NCBI GenBank assembly: GCA_036377095.1
Contig: DASUZC010000014.1
Span: forward strand, 2,544 to 66,543
DNA length: 64,000 nt
Direction: 5' to 3'
Source: Gemmatimonadaceae bacterium
GTDB taxonomy: Bacteria > Gemmatimonadota > Gemmatimonadetes > Gemmatimonadales > Gemmatimonadaceae
Positions 30,257 through 39,454 of the stretch are shown here, piece after piece; the stretch's first letter is position 1; each line of letters starts with the position of its first letter. The notes beneath the pieces are model-generated. The model did no database searches. It was given only the letters and a program-made list of their open reading frames with translations, and was not told the DNA's origin. The position numbers and the translations under genes were made by a program.

Positions 30257-31936
30257 TTATCCGGCTGGCCGCGCCCTCGCCCGCTCACGCGACAGCATCC
30301 ATTGCTGCGGCAGTGCAGCGATGTTCTGCGCCGTGTAGTAGAGATTCAATCCTGAGGCCATGTTGAGCAGAACAACCGTCATCATCAGCGGGAACATGTA
30401 CCCCATCATCTTGGCCTGCGGATTCGGTGGTGCAGTCCGCATTCCAATCCATGACAGCACGTACATCGAGGCACCCATCAGGAGCGGCAGGATATAGAAC
30501 GGGTCCTTCACCGAGATGTCGTGCAGCCACATGAATGGCACACCACGGAATTCGATCGTATTCTGAAAAACAAAGAAAAGCGCGAACAGAATCGGCATTG
30601 GCAGCAGTGCCGGCAGACATCCGGTCAATCCAGCGAACGGACTCACGCCCGCATCGCGGTACACTTTCATTATTGCTTCGCGCTGCTGGACCGGGTCCTT
30701 GTATTTCTTTTGGGCGGCCGCGAGCTTCGGCTGGAGCTCCTGCATTTTGAGGCTCGAGCGCATCGTGCTCTGATTCAACGGCCATAACGCAAGCCGCACC
30801 AGGACACCGAGTATTACGAGCACCCAGCCGTAGCTGAGATTCAATCGATTGTGCATCCACAACAGCGCCTGAATCACCTTCGACGCAATTGGATGCACGA
30901 CGCCCTGCATGAATCGCCAGCCGTATGGATTTACGTGGTCGAAGTCACGCATCATTCGCAGCAGGCGCTGAGATTCCTGGGGCCCTGCATAAACGTCGAA
31001 TCCGAAGGTTCCGTTCTTGATTTCCTCGACGACGGCTGCGGATGCACTGGTGGCCACCTTCGACGTTCTTGCTCCACCGGTCAGTGTGACCTCGCTGAAC
31101 GGTGTCCCATTGATTGGCGCCAGTATTCCGAACACGAAGTACTTGTTCTTGACGGCGACCCAGTCGAGTGGGCCAGCCTCGAGAGTTTTTTCACCGGGAT
31201 CCAGACCACTGAACAGCACACTCCTCGCCCGATCGCGCTGAGGTTTAAAGCTGTATGCGAGCGAGCGGTGGTCACCAACAGTGTCCGCTTCCGTCGGCCT
31301 TAGCGTCCTCGGCAGCTCTGTGACCAGATATGATGGCGATGCGCCACCGGTAACGTGACCAGCTACGTGCATGACGTAGCTCGACGCGGTGTCAGTAGGA
31401 ACCGTGTACTCTATGGAAACGTTATAGCTGCGCACGGAAGCGGCGTAGCTGAGAACCTGCGCGCCATTCGGCCCCGCCCGTCGGGTGAGCGTGAACGGTA
31501 CCAAGGACAGATCTGCAGTATCAGTGGGACCGATGATTCGATAGCTCACGAGAGGGGTTCCCGGACTTCCGAGATCAACGAAATCATTGCTTGCTCTGCT
31601 CTTGTAGTCCCGGATCACGACCGAAGTCGGCGCTGCCCCAAGGTTGCTGAACCTGTAGATCGCCTTTGAAGTCTGGACGACAGTGGTTTCGGCAAGCGCG
31701 CGCGCACCGTCGCCTGCCGATGCAATTCTTGCTGGTACGGTTGCGATAGTCTCTCTACGTACTGTGCTCGCGGCAGTCGAGGACGCCGTAGTTGCTTGTG
31801 TCGACGAGGCAGCACGCGCGGTTGAATCTCTCCCTTTTACTGACGAGGGAGGTGCCTTCACCGGTGGGAACAACAGCTGTGTGATCGCTATGACTACCAG
31901 CGATAGAAACAGCGCAAGAAAAAAACGCCTATCCAT
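30257..31936 (-). CDS. yidC: Membrane protein insertase YidC
   Basis: KMQELQP, GCLP, DPFYILP, GLNLYY; canonical synteny. Confidence 0.96.
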   Translation of the reverse strand: MDRRFFLALFLSLVVIAITQLLFPPVKAPPSSVKGRDSTARAASSTQATTASSTAASTVRRETIATVPARIASAGDGARALAETTVVQTSKAIYRFSNLGAAPTSVVIRDYKSRASNDFVDLGSPGTPLVSYRIIGPTDTADLSLVPFTLTRRAGPNGAQVLSYAASVRSYNVSIEYTVPTDTASSYVMHVAGHVTGGASPSYLVTELPRTLRPTEADTVGDHRSLAYSFKPQRDRARSVLFSGLDPGEKTLEAGPLDWVAVKNKYFVFGILAPINGTPFSEVTLTGGARTSKVATSASAAVVEEIKNGTFGFDVYAGPQESQRLLRMMRDFDHVNPYGWRFMQGVVHPIASKVIQALLWMHNRLNLSYGWVLVILGVLVRLALWPLNQSTMRSSLKMQELQPKLAAAQKKYKDPVQQREAIMKVYRDAGVSPFAGLTGCLPALLPMPILFALFFVFQNTIEFRGVPFMWLHDISVKDPFYILPLLMGASMYVLSWIGMRTAPPNPQAKMMGYMFPLMMTVVLLNMASGLNLYYTAQNIAALPQQWMLSRERARARPAG

Positions 31937-32145
31937 TATGGAACGGGATCATAGCCGCCGGCATGGAACGGATGACAGCGAAGAAGACGGCTAACGGTGA
32001 GATAGAGACCTCGCAATGTTCCGTGACGCTCGAAGGCTTCGATCGCGTACGCGGAGCAGCTCGGATAATAACGACAGCTGGCGGGAAGCAGCGGAGAGAT
32101 TCCCACCTGATATCCACGAATGAGCAGGATGAAGATCGTACGCAT
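31936..32145 (-). CDS. yidD: Membrane protein insertion efficiency factor YidD
   Basis: [24 protein letters not shown]. Confidence 0.96.
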   Translation of the reverse strand: MRTIFILLIRGYQVGISPLLPASCRYYPSCSAYAIEAFERHGTLRGLYLTVSRLLRCHPFHAGGYDPVP

Positions 32146-32148
32146 CGT

Positions 32149-32577
32149 TCAACGACCAATTTGCGATGCCCATTCTCCGATCTGGGCAATATCGATAGTC
32201 AGCTGCTGGAACGTAGATGCGTAGGCTTCCGGTTTCGCGCGAATGAGCAGATCAACGCGTCCGAGCTCGGGCAGCAGGGTAATCCGTACCAGTTCCCGAA
32301 GACGGCGTTTAACCCGATTCCTGGCAACGACCTTATGACGGTGTTTGGGCACCACAATGCCCACCCTCGGATGGAAAGACAAAGAAGCTGATGCGCGAGC
32401 CTCGAGACGCTCGGTTTGCATTCGCTTGCCTGTACGCCTTACTGCTCCGAGATCGCCTTCGCTCGTCAGCCGCTTACTGCGAGGAAAGCCGAAGGACTTA
32501 GGCGCCGGCGTACTTTGTCGGTAACTGGACGGTGAGCCGTTTACGTCCCTTCTTGCGGCGCCGGCTGAGAACTTCAC
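32149..32577 (-). CDS. rnpA: Ribonuclease P protein component (start uncertain; overlaps rpmH)
   Basis: [25 protein letters not shown]; located between rpmH and yidD. Confidence 0.9.
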   Translation of the reverse strand: MKFSAGAARRDVNGSPSSYRQSTPAPKSFGFPRSKRLTSEGDLGAVRRTGKRMQTERLEARASASLSFHPRVGIVVPKHRHKVVARNRVKRRLRELVRITLLPELGRVDLLIRAKPEAYASTFQQLTIDIAQIGEWASQIGR

Positions 32578-32662
32578 GTCCCCATTTAGTAGCCATCCGC
32601 AACCTAAAGCCGTGGGTACGGATCCGGCGTTTGTTGCGGGGACGGTAGGTCGGCTTGCCCAT
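32498..32662 (-). CDS. rpmH: 50S ribosomal protein L34 (54 aa)
   Basis: Hand translation [54 protein letters not shown]; GGAG SD; below the ORF-track length cutoff. Confidence 0.97.
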   Translation of the reverse strand: MGKPTYRPRNKRRIRTHGFRLRMATKWGREVLSRRRKKGRKRLTVQLPTKYAGA

Positions 32663-32770
32663 TTATAACTCCAAAGAACCAGAAAGAACTTGCGCTAGTG
32701 TGAAGCGGGTAAAGCTATTCCAGCATTGAAGATACTTCAAGTCAGGCAACTCAGCGTCTTCAACGTTCGT

Positions 32771-32799
32771 TTGACTTTTCCACATAAATCGGCTAGGGT
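32771..32799 (+). promoter_or_regulatory. dnaA promoter with an embedded DnaA box
   Basis: TTGACT-17-TAGGGT; TTTTCCACA at 32776-32784 overlaps the -35 and spacer. Confidence 0.7.
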
Positions 32800-32807
32800 A
32801 GCGCGTC

Positions 32808-34238
32808 ATGTCGCTTAGCCCTACTGAAGTTTGGAAACTCCTTCTCGATCGCGCCCGCCAGGAGCTTTCCTACCAGACATTCCAAACCTGGCTCGCTCCC
32901 ACAGAGCCACTCTCATTGGAGGGTGGAACAATCTTCGTGGGATCTCCGGACCAGTTTGCTGCCGACTGGAATGAGTCCAAACACTCTCAGTTACTGTCGA
33001 GCTACGCGCCAATTGTCCTTGGACATCCCTTGAATGTGGTATTCAGGGTCAACGAAGAACGGAAGAAGCGCTCACAGATGGATTTCTTCGTCAGTCCCCC
33101 ACCAACGCCGGCGAAGCTGATGTCACAGCAGAACGGCAATACTTCAACTCCACTCAGCGAACGCTACACGTTCGATTTATTCGTTATTGGTAAATCCAAC
33201 GAGCTGGCCGCTGCTGCTGCACACGCCGTAAGTCAGGCGCCAGGTAAGGTTTACAATCCGCTTTTCATCTATGGTGATACGGGACTCGGCAAAACCCATC
33301 TGATGCAGGCCGTCGCACACGAGACCCTGCAGAGAAGCCCGAACACCCGCGTCACATATGTGGGTACAGAGCAGTTCATGAACGAGTTGATCAGCTCCAT
33401 CATGGACCGAACTGCTGCAGAGTTTCGGCGGCGTTACCGCGAAACTGATCTACTGCTCATCGATGATGTTCATTTCCTCAAAGGCCGGAAGGAAACGACC
33501 CAGGAGGAGTTCTTCCACACCTTCAACGCACTATACGAGGCAGGTCGACAGATCGTTCTCACCAGTGACCGGCCGCCTTCAGAAATCGCCGGGCTGGAAG
33601 CTCGATTAATCAGCCGCTTTCAGTGGGGAATGGTAGCTGACATCGGTCTACCTGATTTTGAACATCGCGTCGCTATTCTGAAGCAGAAAGCACAACTGGA
33701 CCGGCTCGAGCTGACCATTCCCGACGACGTCATCCATTTCATAGCAGAGCATGTCCGTTCTAATGTTCGAGAGCTCGAGGGTTCGATCATCAAGCTGCTC
33801 GCTTATGCTTCGCTCAAGCACAAGGACATCACAGTAGACGTCGCACGTGAGGCATTACGGGATAAGCTGCGTGCAATCGAAGGTCTGGAACACGAACCGG
33901 CTGGATCCCTCAACATTTTCACAATTCAGCAGGCGGTAGCCAAGGAATGGGGCGTAACCGTCGATGGTTTACGCTCCAAGACGCGCACCAAAACACTGAC
34001 TACACCGCGGCAAATCGCTATGTATCTGACCCGAGAGCTCCTTTCCACACAACTCGTCGAAATTGGAAATGCTTTCGGCGGCCGAGATCACTCAACTGTC
34101 ATTCATAGCCTCGAGAAGGTGCAGGATACAATCACACATGATTCTGATCTTCGCACCAGAATCAATCGACTCCGGAATAACCTCGAAGCTTTCAACTTCC
34201 GAACACTATCGCGTGTGGAAACATCGAAGGTCTCATGA
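32808..34238 (+). CDS. dnaA: Chromosomal replication initiator DnaA
   Basis: YNPLFIYG..GLGKTHL, QEEFFHTFN, RL.SRF.WG, GRDHSTV. Confidence 0.98.
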   Translation: MSLSPTEVWKLLLDRARQELSYQTFQTWLAPTEPLSLEGGTIFVGSPDQFAADWNESKHSQLLSSYAPIVLGHPLNVVFRVNEERKKRSQMDFFVSPPPTPAKLMSQQNGNTSTPLSERYTFDLFVIGKSNELAAAAAHAVSQAPGKVYNPLFIYGDTGLGKTHLMQAVAHETLQRSPNTRVTYVGTEQFMNELISSIMDRTAAEFRRRYRETDLLLIDDVHFLKGRKETTQEEFFHTFNALYEAGRQIVLTSDRPPSEIAGLEARLISRFQWGMVADIGLPDFEHRVAILKQKAQLDRLELTIPDDVIHFIAEHVRSNVRELEGSIIKLLAYASLKHKDITVDVAREALRDKLRAIEGLEHEPAGSLNIFTIQQAVAKEWGVTVDGLRSKTRTKTLTTPRQIAMYLTRELLSTQLVEIGNAFGGRDHSTVIHSLEKVQDTITHDSDLRTRINRLRNNLEAFNFRTLSRVETSKVS

Positions 34239-34433
34239 GGACGATGTCGACTAGTCTCAATTATCCTGAATACCAACATCCAATCACACATCAACCGGCG
34301 TAGCGGAAACTCTACTCCTTTCGTAAGTTAGACCCATTCCCCAGAAGTCCACAGCCACTGCTACGACTACTAGAGTAAGTCTCTAATTAACAGACTACTT
34401 AGTAAGCCGACCTGAATCCACACAGGCACACTG
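34239..34433. other. Probable oriC (dnaA-dnaN intergenic region)
   Basis: DnaA-box-like CATTCCCCA-G-AAGTCCACA, then GCC, trio-like ACTGCTACGACTACTAG and an AT-rich stretch; by eye the + strand changes from C-rich to G-rich here. Confidence 0.75.
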
Positions 34434-35546
34434 ATGCGTTTCACGATCTCTCGGGAAAAGTTGCAGGAAGGACTGGCAGCTGTAACGGCGAGTATACCGG
34501 CGAAGACAACTTTGCCTGTGCTCGCCAATATTCTTCTCGAGACAACTGATAAAGGGATCAAGCTCTCCGGTACGGACCTGGATATTGCTGTCAGTACTGA
34601 AGTAATGGCTGATGTAGAGACAGCTGGTGCTGTAACGGTACCTGCGAAGAAGCTGAGCGAGATTGCGCGTGAGCTGCCGCCCGCGCCGGTGAAGATGGCT
34701 GCTGTGGGAGAACAGCGAGTTACGCTGGATTGCGGTCGCTCACGCTTCAAGCTGCTTGGACTGCCACGCGATGAATTCCCGACTTTTCCGTCGGTGCGAT
34801 TCAACGAGAGCTGGAGGATCAGATCAGGAGATCTTCAGCAACTGATTGGTCATACATCGTTTGCAGTATCAGCTGAAGAGAGTCGACCGATCCTGAATGG
34901 CGTTCTCTGGGAACTTCGGCCGGAGCGGATGCGGATGGTTGCCACGAATGGACATCGCCTGGCCAAGATGGAAATGCCGATCAATTCGGCGAACGCTCCG
35001 GCGAGTGATCTGATCGTGCCACCAAAGGCTCTCGAGCAGGTGAGAAGGCTGTTCCCGGCGGAGGAAGAGCTGGAGATCGCACGTGGCGATAATCACATCG
35101 GGTTCAGATCCCCGTTCACGGCAGTCTTCACCCGTCTGATCGAAGGTCCTTATCCGAATTACGAGCAGGTAATTCCGAAGGACAATGACAAGGTCGCGGT
35201 TGCTGACAAGGTAGCGCTCTCGAGCGCGCTGAAGAGAATGTCAGTGATCGCTTCTGATCAGACGCATCGTATTCGCCTCTCCTTCAATGCCGGCATGCTG
35301 AAGTTCAGTGTGCAGACGCCGGACTTGGGAGAGGCGCAGGATGAGCTACCGGTTCGCTATACCGGTGATCAGCTCGATATTGGCTTCAATGCAAGCTACC
35401 TGCTCGAGATTCTGCGCTATATCCCGACGGACGAAGTCAAGTTGACCTTCAAGGCACCAGAACGTGCGGCGACAGTTGAGCCTGAGGGTTGGAAGGATCC
35501 GGCGTCGTATATGTGCCTGGTAATGCCACTCCGTCTGGTCGACTAG
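34434..35546 (+). CDS. dnaN: DNA polymerase III beta clamp
   Basis: TLPVL, GTDLD, RPILNG, ATNGHRL, LIEG.YP, VMPLR. Confidence 0.98.
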   Translation: MRFTISREKLQEGLAAVTASIPAKTTLPVLANILLETTDKGIKLSGTDLDIAVSTEVMADVETAGAVTVPAKKLSEIARELPPAPVKMAAVGEQRVTLDCGRSRFKLLGLPRDEFPTFPSVRFNESWRIRSGDLQQLIGHTSFAVSAEESRPILNGVLWELRPERMRMVATNGHRLAKMEMPINSANAPASDLIVPPKALEQVRRLFPAEEELEIARGDNHIGFRSPFTAVFTRLIEGPYPNYEQVIPKDNDKVAVADKVALSSALKRMSVIASDQTHRIRLSFNAGMLKFSVQTPDLGEAQDELPVRYTGDQLDIGFNASYLLEILRYIPTDEVKLTFKAPERAATVEPEGWKDPASYMCLVMPLRLVD

Positions 35547-36403
35547 GGAAGAAGGCTAAACTCTTCCTTCACTGTCTCGCGGAATTGACTCGTTCGTCCC
35601 GAGCCTCGAATAGCAAAATCCAGATCCTGATTTGTTGTCAGATGGACTACTGAGCTTCGCTCTTGGCTCAGGTGGTAAGTGGCACCTCCAGTCCCGGCCA
35701 CGTCGACGATCAGTTGATGTTGTTGCTGCCGTCCTTCTCCATGCGCGCTGATGCTGTCCGTTCGCTGAACGAGAATGGTACTCGCGCCGTCGTATTCTGC
35801 TGCACCAACAACAGAGAATCTCCGGATTACGATCGCCTTCATAGGAATCATGGCGTAACAGACTGTTCTTACGGTTGAGTCTCGCCAGGAAAGGCCAGGT
35901 ACGAGCTCTGTTGGAACCTTGATCAACAGGCTGTTGACATCACCAGTCAGACTGGATTGAACCGGATCGCAGGTTGAGCTGGTCAGGTTCGTGGCTGCTG
36001 AGTCGGTCCGTACAGTCGCTGAATCCACTACACCCGAGATCTGTACGGGTAGAACCACAGACTGAACGGGACCGATGAGTCCCTGTGTAGTTGTGGAAAA
36101 ACTGTCAACAGTAGCGATGTAACGGACGGTATCGGCGGAGACCGACAGGCTTAGTACTTCATGCGAACTGTTAGTCGCCACCTCCCGGTGGATGCCCGAA
36201 TCACTTTGGCTATCCACAGTAGCACTTCGGGTAATCCGATAGCGCAGTGTGTCAGATCTGTAGCTGAAGTTCCATGTACTAACGCCACGTGGCTCTGCCG
36301 GTTGCGGTAAGGAGGGGATCGTTGGCGGTGATACAGGTACACGGCCCGGGTTACACGCCGGTAGCAGTAAGATAAGTATCGACCTCCTGATGCCTTCCTT
36401 CAT
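35543..36403 (-). CDS. Hypothetical lipoprotein, beta-strand rich
   Basis: Lipobox-like LLPAC; 286-aa ORF filling the gap between dnaN and rnpB. Confidence 0.7.
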   Translation of the reverse strand: MKEGIRRSILILLLPACNPGRVPVSPPTIPSLPQPAEPRGVSTWNFSYRSDTLRYRITRSATVDSQSDSGIHREVATNSSHEVLSLSVSADTVRYIATVDSFSTTTQGLIGPVQSVVLPVQISGVVDSATVRTDSAATNLTSSTCDPVQSSLTGDVNSLLIKVPTELVPGLSWRDSTVRTVCYAMIPMKAIVIRRFSVVGAAEYDGASTILVQRTDSISAHGEGRQQQHQLIVDVAGTGGATYHLSQERSSVVHLTTNQDLDFAIRGSGRTSQFRETVKEEFSLLP

Positions 36404-36433
36404 TTACGTGAGCTTGGTGAGCTAGACAGTTCG

Positions 36434-36473
36434 AAAAGAAACAACCTCCGATAGGTAAATATCGGAGGTTGTT
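36434..36473 (-). terminator. rnpB terminator
   Basis: 14-bp stem AACAACCTCCGATA/TATCGGAGGTTGTT followed by TCTTTT on the minus strand. Confidence 0.88.
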
Positions 36474-36864
36474 GGAGGGCGGATGGTCTATAAGCCGGGT
36501 TCTGTCGGATTACTTGCGTAATCCGGACGATCATTTTTCTACGAGCCTGGTCGCCCATGCTCTCTAGCAGCCTACCCGCGGCGTCTTCATCGAGATGGAC
36601 ATCTCTCGCCGCATATTTGGCCTTGCTCCGACTGGGGTTTGCCGTGCCGTCGCCGTTACCGTCGACGCGGTGAGCTCTTACCTCACCGTTTCACCCTTGC
36701 CGCTCTTGCGAGTGGCGGTCTGTTCTCTGTGGCACTTTCCGTCGCGAATAACTCTCGTCGTTCGCGCCCAGGCGTTACCTGGCAGCCAGTCCATTGGAGC
36801 CCGGACTTTCCTCGGAATAGTACCTCAACGGTACTAATACGCGATCGTCCGACCATCTGCCTCC
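36474..36864 (-). ncRNA. rnpB: RNase P RNA, type A
   Basis: GAGGAAAGTCCGGGCTC, AGTGCCACAGA, GGGTGAAACGG, GGCAAACCCC...GAGCAAG, ACAGAACCCGGCTTAT; P1 GATGGTC/GACCATC. Confidence 0.97.
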
Positions 36865-37005
36865 CAAAATATAACGACTGACAGGCATTTCGGTCTCGTG
36901 ATTTGGTGCGCTTGTGCGCTCGTGTGTGTGTGTGACGGACGTCTGACGTGCTTCCCCTAAAGTGTCGCGGTTCCCGTCACCCGTTCACCTAACCGCGAGG
37001 AAGCT

Positions 37006-37914
37006 ATGACCTCATTACCGAAGCAAGGGAGTTCGCGGACTCCCGTCTCGACGATCCTGACGCCCCTCGAGCGATCCCGTGTTGATGCAGCTGCGCAAGG
37101 CTTGTGTGAGCCATTGCACCGTGAATCACTCGATGAAGTGCTTTTAGATCTCCGTGAGCAGAAAGCTGACCTAGTTCTTATCTCAGTGACTAAGTACGGT
37201 ACTCAGAATTCAGGGCATGTTGCTGCGATGGTGCGTGAATTTCCGCGGGTTCCAGCTGTTGCTCTACTTACTGAAACTCAAAACTCGACACCCCACGCGA
37301 CACTCGCCTTGGGTCAGATGGGGATTCGCACCCTCGTAGACGCCCGGATTCCTGCCGGATGGCAGACGCTGCGGAATCTGCTCGCATCGCAGGGGTCCAA
37401 TGATCTGCAGCGGTCTGCCCTCTCGCAAATCGGCCGGGATCTGCCTGGAGTGTCGAAAGATTGTTGGCGGTTTTTCGAGCTACTGTTTGAAACGTCGCCG
37501 CGAATCTCTACTGTCCGCCAGCTGGCACGCCATCTCAACATACTGCCCAGTACTTTGATGAGCCGATTCTTTCGCGCGAAACTCCCGGCTCCGAAAAGGT
37601 ACTTGTCGCTGGCCCGCCTCATACGTGCTGCCAGACTGTTCGAAAATCCCGGTCTGTCAGTGGCGCGAGTGGCAAATCATCTCGACTACTCTTCTCCCCA
37701 GAGTTTTGGTCGCCACGTCAGGACAGTGATGAAGATGTCACCGGTCAAGTTCAGAGCGACCTTCGACGGACAGGGAATGCTGCAATTCTTTCGACGAGAG
37801 ATGATTCTCCCTTATGTCGATGTGCTGTGCAGCTTCAGGCCGTCGGCTGCTTACCCGGGATGGATGCCGAAGGTGATTCCGGTTGATCGCCACGCTTCTC
37901 GAGAATTGCCATGA
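37006..37914 (+). CDS. AraC-type HTH regulator with a degenerate receiver-like N-terminal domain
   Basis: TVRQLARHL...STL.SRF and SVARVANHLDYSSPQSFGR...SP..FR helix-turn-helix pair. Confidence 0.85.
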   Translation: MTSLPKQGSSRTPVSTILTPLERSRVDAAAQGLCEPLHRESLDEVLLDLREQKADLVLISVTKYGTQNSGHVAAMVREFPRVPAVALLTETQNSTPHATLALGQMGIRTLVDARIPAGWQTLRNLLASQGSNDLQRSALSQIGRDLPGVSKDCWRFFELLFETSPRISTVRQLARHLNILPSTLMSRFFRAKLPAPKRYLSLARLIRAARLFENPGLSVARVANHLDYSSPQSFGRHVRTVMKMSPVKFRATFDGQGMLQFFRREMILPYVDVLCSFRPSAAYPGWMPKVIPVDRHASRELP

Positions 37915-38449
37915 TCTCGCTGGCTGTAGTCAGAGCGATCACGGGTACTCCTGCTGATTCCAATGCCTCGCGTCCGCCCTCCTGACGGTCGACGACTGCC
38001 AGAACCCCACTGACTGTTCCGCCTGCGTTGCGTACGGCATCAATCGCGCGCAGCGCGGAGCTGCCGGTGGTGATCACATCCTCGATTACTATGACGTGAT
38101 CACTCGGCCTGAACGGGCCTTCGATCACTTGGCCCGTTCCGTGAGTCTTGGCTTCCTTCCTCACCGTAAAAGCGCGAAGCGGTTGTGGCGAACCAGCGCT
38201 AGCGTGGCTGATCGCGTAAGAAATCGGATCGGCACCCAGTGTAAGACCGCCAATGGCCTCCACTGGCCAGCTGGATTGTTGGATAGTCAGTAGTCCGAGT
38301 CGACCGATTACTGCGAGCCCATCGGGGCTCATGGTGGTGAGTCTGGCATCGATATAAAACTGCGACTCCCGTCCCGAAGCGAGAATGAAATGGCCCTTCT
38401 TGCTGGATCGCTCGGCCAAAAGCGTGATCAACAACTCCCGATCGGTCAT
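37835..38449 (-). CDS. pyrE: Orotate phosphoribosyltransferase
   Basis: FILASG.S.FYID, RKEAKTHG, IEDVITTG.S, VDR.EGG. Confidence 0.96.
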   Translation of the reverse strand: MTDRELLITLLAERSSKKGHFILASGRESQFYIDARLTTMSPDGLAVIGRLGLLTIQQSSWPVEAIGGLTLGADPISYAISHASAGSPQPLRAFTVRKEAKTHGTGQVIEGPFRPSDHVIVIEDVITTGSSALRAIDAVRNAGGTVSGVLAVVDRQEGGREALESAGVPVIALTTASEIMAILEKRGDQPESPSASIPGKQPTA

Positions 38450-38485
38450 GGTGCGTGAGGTTACGGATTCTTATGATTCGAGTCA

Positions 38486-39454
38486 ATGCACGCGTTCTCC
38501 CAGTTGGAGATTGATCGCTGGACAGGGTTGATTGGTTGGATCATCTCACTGGCGACAGTCCTCGGGTTGGCACTGCTCCTTCGTCACGAACGTCGTCAGG
38601 CGCGAAGTCTGGTCGAGCGCTCCAAGGAGCTGGAGCGCCTGTCGTCTGAGTTACTCCGTGTAAACCGCATGAAGAGCGAGTTTCTGGCGAACGTGTCGCA
38701 CGAGCTTCGCACTCCGCTCAATGCAATCGTTGGCTTCGTCGATCTTCTTCGTGAAGGCGTTTACGGTGAGTTGGCACCACGGCAGGTCAAGCCGGTTGAA
38801 CGCATCGAAGCCTCTGCGAACCATCTTCGACACTTGGTCGATCAGGTACTCGACCTGGCTAAGATGGCTGCCGGACGGCTGGAGATTCACACCGAAACAA
38901 TCGACCTTCGCCCCTTCGTCCTCGATGTGGCAAGCGAGATCGAGTCTTTGGTCAGCGAGAAAGGACTTAGCCTGTCACTGGTCATGGGCGCGGCATTACC
39001 GCGCATTCGTACTGACCCGACTCACTTGCGGCAGATTCTGATGAACCTGCTCGGTAATGCCATCAAGTACACCAACGAAGGTGGAATCGTCCTTCGCACG
39101 CGCCTGGTCGATTCTCTTCCAGACAGTGGACAGCCGGTGAGCGGTCAGGCGGGTGTGGCTGTCGAGCGCAGCCGGCGTCCGGCGACACATTGGATTGGCA
39201 TCCAGGTGATTGACACGGGAATTGGAATCGCCCCGGCCGATCAGACGCGTATTTTCGAGGAGTTCGAGCAGGTGGATGCCGGCCCGCGTGGTAATTCAGC
39301 GGAACGTGGGACTGGACTAGGACTGCCGATTTCACGTCGCCTGGCAGCACTCATCGGCGGCATCGTCGAACTGGAGAGCGAGCTTGGTAAAGGGTCGACG
39401 TTTACACTGTGGCTGCCAGTCGATTCCGATGAGTCAGCGATTTCGGCGAAGTAG
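38486..39454 (+). CDS. Orphan histidine kinase (1 TM, HisKA, HATPase)
   Basis: SHELRTPL, NLLGNAIKY, DTGIGI, FEQ, GTGLGL, G.GSTF. Confidence 0.95.
   Translation: MHAFSQLEIDRWTGLIGWIISLATVLGLALLLRHERRQARSLVERSKELERLSSELLRVNRMKSEFLANVSHELRTPLNAIVGFVDLLREGVYGELAPRQVKPVERIEASANHLRHLVDQVLDLAKMAAGRLEIHTETIDLRPFVLDVASEIESLVSEKGLSLSLVMGAALPRIRTDPTHLRQILMNLLGNAIKYTNEGGIVLRTRLVDSLPDSGQPVSGQAGVAVERSRRPATHWIGIQVIDTGIGIAPADQTRIFEEFEQVDAGPRGNSAERGTGLGLPISRRLAALIGGIVELESELGKGSTFTLWLPVDSDESAISAK

Noticed and set aside
34211-34222. GTGTGGAAACA as a third parS site
   Set aside because: Only a half-site matches; it is equally a one-mismatch DnaA box.
36922-36933. (GT)6 as a phase-variation tract
   Set aside because: Too short to support on its own; noted only as part of the AraC leader.
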